Assembly: GCA_965205215.1 (NCBI GenBank) | Contig: OZ242041.1 | Span: 1,952,001-2,016,000, forward strand | Origin: Nitrosopumilus sp. | GTDB lineage: Archaea; Thermoproteota; Nitrososphaeria; Nitrososphaerales; Nitrosopumilaceae | Length of the DNA stretch: 64,000 nucleotides | Reading direction: 5' to 3' | In this document: piece after piece, positions 1-10,500 of the stretch | Position numbering within the stretch: the stretch's first letter is position 1 | How the letters are laid out: each line of letters opens with the position of its first letter | Program-made: the position numbers and the translations under genes | Notes under the pieces: generated by a model | What the model was told of the DNA's origin: nothing | The model's database searches: none | The model's input: the letters and a program-made list of their open reading frames with translations, nothing else

Positions 1-3000
1 TGACGCGGTGCTGGCGCCCCGGAGGGTGATGCCCTCAGGTGCCGTCCAGCCGTACGTCAGCGCATCGCCGTCCGGATCCGAGGACGCGGAGCCGTTGAGC
101 GTGACGGTCGTCCGCTCGTCCACGGTTTGGTCGGGGCCGGCGTCCGCTGCAGGGGCGCGGTTGACGTGCCGGACGGTTATGGTGACGGTGTCCGTGTCAT
201 GCAGGGTACCGTCCGTGACGTTGAGCGTAATGGTGTAGTCGGTGTCAGATGCGACCTCGGGGGCCGTAAAGGTGGGTGACGCGGCGCTGGCGTTGCTGAG
301 GGTTATGTCCGAGGGTGCGGTCCAGCTGTACGATATCTGATCGCCTTCGGGATCCGAGGACGCGGAGCCGTCGAGCGTGACGGTCGTCCGCTCGTCCACG
401 GCTTGGTCGGGGCCAGCGTCCGCTGCGGGGGCGCGGTTGACGTGCCGCACCGTTATGGTGACGGTGTCCGTGTCGGACAGGGTGCCGTCCGTGACGTTGA
501 GCGTAATGGTGTAGTCGGTGTCAAATGCGACCTCGGGGGCCGTGAAGGTGGGTGACGCGGCGCTGGCGTTGCTGAGGGCTATGCCGGAGGGTGCGGTCCA
601 GCTGTACGTCAGCGTGTCGCCGTCCAGATCAGAGGACGCGGAGCCGTCGAGCGTCACGACCGTGCGCTCGTCCACGGCTTGGTCGGGGCCAGCGTCCGCT
701 GCGGGGGCGCGGTTGACGTGGCGGACAGTTATGGTGACGGTGTCGGTTGCAGAAACAATGTTGTCAGAGACACCAAGCGTGATGGTGTAGTTTGTATCGG
801 ACGTGACCTCGGGTGCCGTGAAGGTGGGGGACGCGGTGACGGCGCCCCGGAGGGTGATGCCCTCAGGTGCCGTCCAGCTGTACGTTATAAAATTGCCGTC
901 CGGGTCCGAGGAGCCGGAGCCGTCGAGCGTGACGGTCGTCCGCTCGTCCACGGCTTGGTCGGGGCCGGCGTCGGCGACGGGGGCGCGGTTGACGTGGCGG
1001 ACGGTTATGGTGACGGTGTCCGTGTCGGACAGGGTGCCGTCCGTGACGTTGAGCGTAATGGTGTAGTCGGTGTCAGATGCGACCTCGGGGGCCGTAAAGG
1101 TGGGTGACGCGGCGCTGGCGTTGCTGAGGGTTATGTCCGAGGGTGCGGTCCAGCTGTACGATATCTGATCGCCTTCGGGATCCGAGGACGCGGAGCCGTC
1201 GAGCGTCACGACCGTGCGCTCGTCCACGGCTTGGTCGGGGCCGGCGTCGGCGACGGGGGCGCGGTTGGCATGCAGGACGACGGTGACCGGATTGTCCGGC
1301 GATGCCGCGATTGCGTTTCCCGACCTGTCGCTGATGGCGCCGGCGGCAATATCGAGCTGCGGCATGGCAAGGGGTATGGCCTCTGCAAGCTGAGTGGCGT
1401 TGAGCGTGACGTATATGATAACGCCGTCAGAGGCGGTGTTGAGCGTGGCTCCGTCTAGAGGTATCTGATCCACATAGCCGGCCTCGCTTAGGAAGAGTCT
1501 GTCAAGATTCACGTTACTGGGTGGGGTCACATCGATCATATCGTTGAATACCAGGGTCAGAATACCGGTCACCTCGTTCAGGGAGGCGGCCGTCAGGGAG
1601 GGCGGCGTAACATCAGCAAATGTCGAGCCCAAGAAAACGACGTGGACGGCGCCCCTGTCGCTGCCGTCTGCGTCGTCCCTATCGGCGCCGATCGCCAGGT
1701 CCAACACAACATCGCCGTCCAGGTCGCCGAGAGGCGCGACGGACGTCCCAAAGCGGTCGCCGTCGTCCAGTACAGGGCCGTCTGCGGTGTTGCCGTTGAT
1801 CTCCGCGGTGCGCTTTACAGTGCCGTCGGAGTTCATGAACATGACGTGGACGGCGCCCCTGCTGTTGCCACCTGCATCATCCTGATTGGCGCCGGCCGCC
1901 AGGTCCGGCACGCCGTCGCCGTCCAGGTCGCCGGGGGACGCGACAGACGTCCCAAAGCGGTCGCCGTCGTCCAGTACAGGGCCGTCTGCGGTGTTGCCGT
2001 TGATCTCCGCGGTGCTCTTTACAGTGCCGTCGGAGTTCATGAACATGACATGGACGGCGCCCCTGTCGCTGCCGTCTGCGTCGTCGGCGCCGGCGCCGAC
2101 CGCCAGGTCCGGCACGCCGTCGCCGTCCAGGTCGCCGAGGGGCGCGACGGACGTCCCAAATTGGTCGTCGTCGTCCAGTACAGGGCCGTCTGCGGTGTTG
2201 TCGTTGATCTCCGCGGTGCGCTTTACAGTGCCGTCGGAGTTCATGAACATGACGTGGACGGCGCCTCTGCGGAAGCCGTCTCCATTGTCCAGAATGGCGC
2301 CGGCCGCCAGGTCCGGCACGCCGTCGCCGTCCAAGTCGCCGGGGGACGCGACGGACGTCCCAAAGCGGTCGCCATCTGACAGGGACGGGCCGTTTGCGGT
2401 GTTGGCGTTGATCTCCGCGGTGCTCTTTACAGTGCCGTCGGAGTTCATGAACATGACATGGACGGCGCCCCTGTTGGTGCCGCCCGCGCCGTCGCCGACG
2501 GCGCCGGCCGCCAGGTCCGGCACGCCGTCGCCGTCCAGGTCGCCGGGGGACGCGACGGATCTTCCAAAGAAGTCGTCGTCGTCCAGTACAGGGCCGTCTG
2601 CGGTGTTGTCGTTGATCTCCGCGGTGCGCTTTACAGTGCCGTCGGAGTTCATGAACACGACGTGGACGGCGCCCCTGTTGGTGCCGCCCGCGCCGTCGCC
2701 GACGGCGCCGGCCGCCAGGTCCGGCACGCCGTCGCCGTCCAGGTCGCCGGGGGACGCGACGGATCTTCCAAAGCGGTCGTCGTCGTCCAGTACAGGGCCG
2801 TCTGCGGTGTTGTCGTTGATCTCCGCGGTGCGCTTTACAGTGCCGTCGGAGTTCATGAACACGACGTGGACGGCGCCCCTGTTGGTGCCATCCGTGTCGT
2901 CCAGAAAGGCGCCGGCCGCCAGGTCCGGCACGCCGTCGCCGTCCAGGTCGCCGGGGGACGCGACGGATCTTCCAAAGCGGTCGGCGCTGGACAGGGACGG

Positions 3001-4491
3001 GCCGTCTGCGGTGTTGGCGTTGATCTCCGCGGTGCGCTTTACAGTGCCGTCGGAGTTCATGAACATGACGTGGACGGCGCCCTCGTCCATTCCATCCGTG
3101 TCGTCCAGAATGGCACCGGCCGCGAGATCCGGCACGCCGTCGCCGTCCAGGTCGCCGAGGGGCGCGACGGACGCCCCAAAGCGGTCGTCGTCGTCCAGTA
3201 CAGGGCCGTCTGCGGTGTTGTCGTTGATCTCCGCGGTGCTCTTTACAGTGCCGTCGGAGTTCATGAACATGACGTGGACGGCGCCCCTGTTGGTGCCGCC
3301 TGCGTCGTCCCAAAGAGCGCCGGCCGCCAGGTCCGGCACGCCGTCGCCGTCCAGGTCGCCGGGGGACGCGACGGATATCCCAAATCTGTCGTTGTCGGAC
3401 AGGGACGGGCCGTTTGCGGTGTTGTCGTTGATCTCCGCGGTGCGCTTTACAGTGCCGTCGGAGTTCATGAACATGACGTGGACGGTGCCCCTGTTGGTGC
3501 CGCCTTCGTCATCGGCGTGGGCGCCGGCCGCCAGGTCCGGCACGCCGTCGCCGTCCAGGTCGCCGGGGGACGCGACGGATATCCCAAATCTGTCGTTGTC
3601 GGACAGGGACGGGCCGTTTGCGGTGTTGTCGTTGATCTCCGCGGTGCGCTTTACAGTGCCGTCGGAGTTCATGAACATGACGTGGACGGTGCCGTTGCCG
3701 ACGGCGCCGGCCGCCAGGTCCGGCACGCCGTCGCCGTCCAGGTCGCCGAGGGGCGCGACGGATATCCCAAAGTTGGCTCCGTCGTCCAGTACCGGCCCGT
3801 TTGCGGTGTTGTCGTTGATCTCCGCGGTGCGCTTTACAGTGCCGTCGGAGTTCATGAACATGACGTGGACGGTGCCCCTGCTGGTGCCGCCTGCGTCGTC
3901 ACTGCCGGCGCCGGCTATTATCTCTGGGACGCCGTCGCCGTCCAAGTCTGCGGTCGCGACGGACTCCCCAAAGGCATCATTGTCGGCCAGTACCGGCCCG
4001 TTTGCAATGGTACCGTTGATCTCGGCAACGGAGGCGACCAAGACGCCGTTAGCGGCGCTCTCGGCGCGCGGGTTGGAATTCGTTGATACGTAGTGAATCT
4101 CGGGCGTGCCCATCCCGAGTCTGAGGGGATACGGGCTGCCGTCATAGTCCCAAGGCGCCGCCCGGCCGACGCTGCCAAACGATAAAGTCGAACCCAGCTG
4201 CACGGCGCCGTCGGCGGGTGGGACGGCCAGATCGTGTGTTTCGTTTGTGTCGAACTGCATGGTCCAGTATACACCGGCCGAGGGATGCGACGGGGGGATT
4301 TGGACGCGAACATTACCGCCGTATGCACCCTCATCCACACCCCCTCCTCCTGCGAGGATCTCATGTGCGGAGACATCTCGCGCCAGCGCGGGTTCTAGAC
4401 GTAGATCCCTAGCATGGGAAACCTCGACACTTCCTTCCCTTCCCCATCCCGTCTCCCCTGATGCTTCAACGAAGAACAAAGACAACGCCAT
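1..4491 (-). CDS. Giant surface protein with FG-GAP (integrin-alpha-like beta-propeller) repeats and PKD-like Ig repeats; 3' end runs off the window
   Basis: Absent from the ORF track because it has no stop in the window. Manual translation from ATG 4491 gives MALSLFFVEASG...EINGT, then about 12 repeats of 204 bp (68 aa; FGTSVASPGDLDGDGVPDLAAGA...GAVHVMFMNSDGTVK) at about 1620-4020, then at least 5 repeats of 276 bp (NRAPxADAGPDQAVDERTTVTLDGS) at 1-1270. The true start may be TTG 4597 (see findings). Confidence 0.9.
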   Translation of the reverse strand, partial: MALSLFFVEASGETGWGREGSVEVSHARDLRLEPALARDVSAHEILAGGGGVDEGAYGGNVRVQIPPSHPSAGVYWTMQFDTNETHDLAVPPADGAVQLGSTLSFGSVGRAAPWDYDGSPYPLRLGMGTPEIHYVSTNSNPRAESAANGVLVASVAEINGTIANGPVLADNDAFGESVATADLDGDGVPEIIAGAGSDDAGGTSRGTVHVMFMNSDGTVKRTAEINDNTANGPVLDDGANFGISVAPLGDLDGDGVPDLAAGAVGNGTVHVMFMNSDGTVKRTAEINDNTANGPSLSDNDRFGISVASPGDLDGDGVPDLAAGAHADDEGGTNRGTVHVMFMNSDGTVKRTAEINDNTANGPSLSDNDRFGISVASPGDLDGDGVPDLAAGALWDDAGGTNRGAVHVMFMNSDGTVKSTAEINDNTADGPVLDDDDRFGASVAPLGDLDGDGVPDLAAGAILDDTDGMDEGAVHVMFMNSDGTVKRTAEINANTADGPSLSSADRFGRSVASPGDLDGDGVPDLAAGAFLDDTDGTNRGAVHVVFMNSDGTVKRTAEINDNTADGPVLDDDDRFGRSVASPGDLDGDGVPDLAAGAVGDGAGGTNRGAVHVVFMNSDGTVKRTAEINDNTADGPVLDDDDFFGRSVASPGDLDGDGVPDLAAGAVGDGAGGTNRGAVHVMFMNSDGTVKSTAEINANTANGPSLSDGDRFGTSVASPGDLDGDGVPDLAAGAILDNGDGFRRGAVHVMFMNSDGTVKRTAEINDNTADGPVLDDDDQFGTSVAPLGDLDGDGVPDLAVGAGADDADGSDRGAVHVMFMNSDGTVKSTAEINGNTADGPVLDDGDRFGTSVASPGDLDGDGVPDLAAGANQDDAGGNSRGAVHVMFMNSDGTVKRTAEINGNTADGPVLDDGDRFGTSVAPLGDLDGDVVLDLAIGADRDDADGSDRGAVHVVFLGSTFADVTPPSLTAASLNEVTGILTLVFNDMIDVTPPSNVNLDRLFLSEAGYVDQIPLDGATLNTASDGVIIYVTLNATQLAEAIPLAMPQLDIAAGAISDRSGNAIAASPDNPVTVVLHANRAPVADAGPDQAVDERTVVTLDGSASSDPEGDQISYSWTAPSDITLSNASAASPTFTAPEVASDTDYTITLNVTDGTLSDTDTVTITVRHVNRAPVADAGPDQAVDERTTVTLDGSGSSDPDGNFITYSWTAPEGITLRGAVTASPTFTAPEVTSDTNYTITLGVSDNIVSATDTVTITVRHVNRAPAADAGPDQAVDERTVVTLDGSASSDLDGDTLTYSWTAPSGIALSNASAASPTFTAPEVAFDTDYTITLNVTDGTLSDTDTVTITVRHVNRAPAADAGPDQAVDERTTVTLDGSASSDPEGDQISYSWTAPSDITLSNASAASPTFTAPEVASDTDYTITLNVTDGTLHDTDTVTITVRHVNRAPAADAGPDQTVDERTTVTLNGSASSDPDGDALTYGWTAPEGITLRGASTAS
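1620..4020. repeat. Coding tandem repeat, about 12 x 204 bp (FG-GAP units)
   Basis: The motif ttcatgaac recurs at 1832, 2036, 2240, 2444, 2648, 2852, 3056, 3260, about 3464, about 3668 and about 3851, plus a degenerate copy near 1630. Confidence 0.9.
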
Positions 4492-4569
4492 GACGCATAC
4501 GACACACAGACAGAGGAGTGGGGGTCTTGTAACTAGATGTGGCTTGCTGTAGATTACGGAAGATATTGA

Positions 4570-4581
4570 CCCCCCCCCCCC
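4570..4581. repeat. C12 homopolymer (G12 on the coding strand) between giant genes 2 and 3
   Basis: Counted directly: 4570-4581 are all C. Confidence 0.95.
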
Positions 4582-4593
4582 TCCCGCCGCCGA

Positions 4594-7500
4594 TCAACGA
4601 CTGTCAGACGGTGTGGTTATATTGACAAAGTAGGAGGGCTTGGACTCGCCGTGGTCGTTGAGCGCTATGACTCGGAACGCGTAGTTGGTGCCGGGCTCGA
4701 GGCCGGTTACGATGTACGAGCTGTCCGGGCTGCCCGTGTCGGCGACCTGCACGCTGAGGGTGGTCTCGGAGGAGGTCATCCTGGACAGTATCTTGTATCC
4801 GGTTATGGCGTCGTCGCCGGGGTCGTCCCAGGTCAGCGTCACCGAGTCCGCGGTGACTGCAGCGGCCGTGAGGTTTGTGGGGACTGCAGGCGGCGGAACC
4901 CTCTCGGTGCGGATGCTGGCAAAGTAGGAAATCTTGGACTCGCCGTGGTCGCTGAGGGCAATTATGCGGAACGCGTACTTGGTGTTCGGCTCAAGCCCGC
5001 TTACTGTGTACGTATTCTTGGCGCTGCCAGTGTCGGCGACCAGCACGCTGAGGTCGGTCTCGGGGGAGGGTATCCTGGACAGTATCTTGTATCCGGTTAT
5101 GGCGTCGTCGCCGGGGTCGTCCCAGGTCAGCGTCACCGAGTCCGCGGTGACTGCAGCGGCCGTGAGGTTTGTGGGGACTGCAGGCGGCGGAACCCTCTCG
5201 GTGCGGATGCTGGCAAAGTAGGAAATCTTGGACTCGCCGTGGTCGCTGAGGGCAATTATGCGGAACGCGTACTTGGTGTTCGGCTCAAGCCCGCTTACTG
5301 TGTACGTATTCTTGGCGCTGCCAGTGTCGGCGACCAGCACGCTGAGGTCGGTCTCGGGGGAGGGTATCCTGGACAGTATCTTGTACCCGGTTATGGCGTC
5401 GTCGCCGGGGTCGTCCCAGGCCAGAGTCACCGAGTCCGCGGTGACCGCCGTGGCCGTGAGGTTTGTGGGGGCGGCGGGCGGCGGAACCCTCTCGGTGCGG
5501 GCATTGACAAAGTATGACGTATCTGACTCCCCGCGGTCGCTGAGGGCGATTATGCGGAACGCGTAGGCGGTGTTCGGCTCAAGCCCGCTTACTGTGTGCG
5601 TGTTCTCGGCGCTGCCGGTGTCGGCGACCAGCACGCCGAGGGTGGTCTCGGGGGAGAGTATCCGGGACAGTATCTTGTATCCGGTTATGGCGTCGTCGCC
5701 GGGGTCGTCCCAGGTCAGCGTCACCGAGTCCGTGGTGACTGCAGCGGCCGTGAGGTTTGCGGGGACGGCGGGAGGCGGGGTCGGCAGCGGTGTCACGTTG
5801 CGGACGGTTATGACCACCGTGTCGGTGCCGGAGGCGCTGCCGTCTGACACCGTAAGCGTCAGGGTGTAGTCCGTGTCCGACGAGACTTCGGGGGCGGTGA
5901 ACGACGGGGCTGCGGTACCGGCGTTCTGGAGCGCTGCGTCAGGCGAGATCGTCCAGCTGTACGTCAGCGTATCGTCGTCAGGGTCCGAGGAGCCGGAGCC
6001 GTCCAGCGTGACAGTCGCCCTCTCGTCGACCGACTGGTCGGAGCCGGCGTCCGCGGTGGGGGCGCGGTTGGCCTCCCGCACCGTTATGGTGACGGTGTCC
6101 GTGTGAGACAGGGAGCCGTCAGAGACTGTGAGCGTAATTACATAGTCGGTGTCCGACGAGACGTCTGGGGCCGTAAAGGTGGGGGACGCGGTGGCGGCGT
6201 CGCTGAACGCCAGGCTTGGCACCGATGTCCAGCTGTACGTCAGCGCGTCGTCGTCAGGGTCCGAGGAGTCGGAGCCGTCGAGCGTGACGAGGTCGCGCTC
6301 GGACGCGGCCCTGTCCGCGCCGGCGTCCGCCACGGGGGCGCGGTTGGCCTCCCGCACCGTTATGGTGACGGTGTCCGTGTGAGACAGGGAGCCGTCGGAG
6401 ACTGTGAGCGTGATTACATAGTCGGTGTCCGACGAGACGTCTGGGGCCGTAAAGGTGGGGGACGCGGTGGCGGCGTCGCTGAACGCCAGGCTTGGCACGG
6501 ACGACCAGCTGTACGTCAGCGTATCGCTGTCGGGATCCGCCGAGCCGGAGCCGTCGAGCGTGACGAGGTCGCGCTCGGACGCGGCCCTGTCCGCGCCGGC
6601 GTCCGCTACGGGGGCGCGGTTGACCTCGCGTACGGTTATGGTAACGGTGTCGGTGTGAGACAGGGAGCCGTCAGAGACGTTGAGCGTAATGGTGTAGTCG
6701 GCGTCAGACGAGACGTCGGGGGCCGTAAAGGTGGGGGACTGGACGGTGGCGTCGCTCAGGGTGATGCCCGCGGGCGCGGTCCAGTAGTACGTCAGCGCGT
6801 CGTCGTCAGGATCCGAGGAGCCGGAGCCGTCGAGCGTGACAGTCGCCCGCTCGTCGACCGACTGGTCGGCGCCGGCGTCCGCCACGGGGGCGCGGTTGAC
6901 CTCCCGTACCGTTATGGTGACGGTGTCCGTGTGAGACAGGGAGCCGTCAGAGACTGTGAGCGTGATTACATAGTCGGTGTCCGACGAGACGTCGGGGGCC
7001 GTGAACGTGGGGGACGCGGTGGCGGCGTCGCTGAACGCCAGGCTTGGCACGGACGACCAGCTGTACGTCAGCGTATCGCTGTCGGGATCCGCCGAGCCGG
7101 AGCCGTCGAGCGTGACTAGGTCGCGCTCGGACGCGGCCCTGTCCGCGCCGGCGTCCGCTACGGGGGCGCGGTTGACCTCCCGTACCGTTATGGTGACGGT
7201 GTCCGTGTGAGACAGGGAGCCGTCAGAGACGTTGAGCGTGATTACATAGTCGGTGTCAGACGAGACGTCGGGGGCCGTGAACGACGGGGCGGCGGTGTCG
7301 GCGCCCTGCAGGGTGATGCCCGCAGGCGCGGTCCAGATGTACGAGAGCGGGGTGCCGTCCGGATCTGACGACGAGGAGCCGTCAAGCGTTACGGCGGCGC
7401 CCTCCGAGACGGTCTGGTCGCTGCCGGCGTCGGCCGTCGGCTGCTGGTTGACGTTGCGGACGGTTACGACCACCGTGTCGGTGCCGGAGGCGTCGCCGTC

Positions 7501-10500
7501 TGACACCGTAAGCGTCAGGGTGTAGTCAGTGTCCGACGAGACCTCGGGGGCGGTGAACGACGGGGCTGCGGTACCGGCGTTCTGGAGCGCTGCGTCAGGC
7601 GAGATCGTCCAGTTGTACGAAATGATATCACCGTCGGGGTCGGAGGACGCCGAGGCGTTGAGGCTCACCACGGATCCCTCGGGCACGCTCTGGTCCGGCC
7701 CCGCCGCGGCTACGGGCGGCCGATTTTCACCCAGGGCAGCCGCACTCAGGGTTAGCTGCCGCGCGTTGTCGGTGCCGAACAGGCCGTTGCCGGACGCCCC
7801 GATGCATATGTGGTACGTGTCCTGCGCGGGGGCGGATTTTATGGTCAGGACGCCGCTGCCGCTTATGGAAAACCTGTCGTTGTCGGCGCACCCGTCCCCG
7901 CCTGCAAGCGAGTAGGACGGGGCGTGGCCGTCAAGGAAGGAGTTCTGTGCGGCGATGCTCGCCGAGTAGGAGGCACCGCGGACGCTCGTGTCGTTGAGCG
8001 TCACATACCAGGGCCCCAGGTTCTGGCTGAAGGAGGAGGCGCCCGTGAACATGCTTCTCATGCTGGTGGCGCCGGAGACGTTCCAGCCGGAGATGTCGCC
8101 GTTGAAGGCACGGGCGCCGAAGAACATGCCCGACATGTCGGTGACGCTTGAGACGTTCCACGAGGAGAGGTCGGCGTCAAAGGCGCTTGCACCGTAGAAC
8201 ATGTTGCTCATGTCGGTTACGCCCGACACGTCCCACGAGGAGAGGTCGGAGTTGAAGGGGAACGCGGCTGCGAACATGCCTTTCATGCTGGTTACGCTTG
8301 ACGTGTCCCAGCCGGAGACGTCGCCGCCAAAGACGAATGCGCCCTCGAACATGCGCGACATGTCCGTCACGCTCGAGGTGTCCCACGTGGAGACGTCGCC
8401 GTTGAAGGCGGCCGCGTTGTTGAACATCCGCGACATGTCCGTCACGCTCGAGGTGTCCCACGAGGAGATGTCGCCGTTGAAGGCGGCCGCGTCATAGAAC
8501 ATGCGCGACATGTCGGTTACGCTTGACGTGTCCCAGCCGGAGATGTCGCCGTTGAAGGAGTCTGCGTCTTCGAACATGTAGCTCATGTCGGTGACGCCCG
8601 AGGTGTCCCACGAGGAGAGGTTGGCGCCGGTGATGTCTGCAGAGTTGAACATGCGCGACATGTCGGAGACGCCGGACAGGTCCGGGGAGTCGGCCGCGTT
8701 GTGCGCCACGTTTCCTGCGTGCTCGAACGCGGACACCATGGACGTCCACCGCGCGTCGCCCCACTGCTCGATGCTCAGCATCTGCTTGGCGTTTGCGCGG
8801 TCGCCACCCAGGCGGATCTCCGTGATGTTGCCGGATATCCGGACAGTATACTCGCCTGCCGACTCGTACGTGTGGGACCGGTGGCCAGGCCCGTCGTAGG
8901 CGTCCGTGTTGCTGTCGCCCCAGCTTATGGTGTACGTGCCGGCGGCGGCGCTCACGGGTATCGTTATTGTCGGGTCGCCCGCGGTGGCTCTCCATTTGGT
9001 GACAAAGTCGCCGGGATCATACGTCTGCGGCAGCGAGGGCCCCCAGTGCAGCGTGACCTGCTGCACGTTGCCGGTGCCGAACAGGCTGCCGCCGGACGCT
9101 GCTATGCATATGCGGTACGCGTCCTGCTCGGCGGGGGCGGATTTTATGGTCAGGACGCCGCCGCTGCTTATGTCAAACTTGCCGTTGTCGGCGCAGCCGT
9201 CGCCGTCTGCAAGCGAGTAGGTCGGGCCGTGGCCCCGCAGTACGGGGTTCTGCGCCCCGGCTTTCGCCGCGAACGACGCGTTGTAGATCACCGTGTCGTT
9301 GAGCGCTATATACCAGGGCCCCAGGTTCTGGCCAAAGGAGGAGGCGCCGAGGAACATGGAATCCATGGATCTTACGTTTGATACGTCCCAGCCGGAGATG
9401 TCGCCGTTGAAGTCGCGGGAGCCCGCGAACATGTAGCCCATGTCCGTCACGCTTGACACGTCCCACGAGGAGATGTCGCCGTTGAAGGCGGCCGCGCTGG
9501 AGAACATGTCGGCCATGGTGGTCACGCCCGACACGTCCCACGAGGAGAGGTTGGCGTCAAATGAGGATGCCCCGGTGAACATGTGGTTCATCTCGGTTAC
9601 GCTTGATACGTCCCAGCCGGAGAGGTCCGCGTCGAACGCGGCGGTTCTGGCAAACATGTTGCCCATGCTAACCACGCTTGATACGTCCCAGCCGGAGAGG
9701 TCGGCGTCGAAGTCGTGGGCGTCGGAGAACATGTAGCTCATGTCCGTCACGCTTGAGACGTTCCAGCCGGAGAGGTCGGCGTCGAAGGCGGAGGCGTGGA
9801 AGAACATGTGGTTCGTGCCCGTCACGCTCGACACGTCCCACGAGGAGAGCCCCGCGCCTGTAAAGGCGGCGGCCCTTGAGAACATAAAGCCCATGTCCGT
9901 CACATTTGAGACGTCCCAGCCGGAGAGGTCGGCGTCGAACGCGGCGGCGCCGTGGAACATGCCGTCCATGTCCGTCACGCTCGAGGTGTCCCACGAGGAG
10001 AGCCCCGCGCCTGTAAAGGCGGCGGCCCCGTTGAACGCGTTGCTCATGTCCGTTACGCTTGATACGTCCCAGCCGGAGAGGTCGGCGTTGAAGGCGCCCG
10101 CGCCGCGGAACATGCCCGACATGCTGGAGACGCCGGACAGGTCCGGGGAGTCTACTGCGCGGTATGCCATGCTGCTTGCTCCCGCGAACGCCGACTCCAT
10201 GGACGTCCACCGCGCGTCGCCCCACTGCTCGATGCTCAGCAGCTGCTTGGCGTTTGCGCGGTCGTCGCCCAGGCGGACTCCCGTAACGTTGCCAGAGACT
10301 AGTACCGTATACTCGCCTGCCGACTCGTACGTGTGGGACCGGTCGCCCGGCCCGCTGTATGTCGTGGTATTGCCGTCGCCCCAGTCTATGGAGTATGGGC
10401 CGGCGGCGCTGATTACGGGCATCGTTATGGCCGGGTCGCCCGCGGTGGCCTGCCACACGGTGGCAAAGTCGCCGGGACCGCCGGCCTGCGGCAGGGAGGA

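Noticed and set aside
1620-4020. Regular repeats resembling a CRISPR array
   Set aside because: Units are 204 bp, in frame and coding, with no unique spacers and no cas genes in the window.
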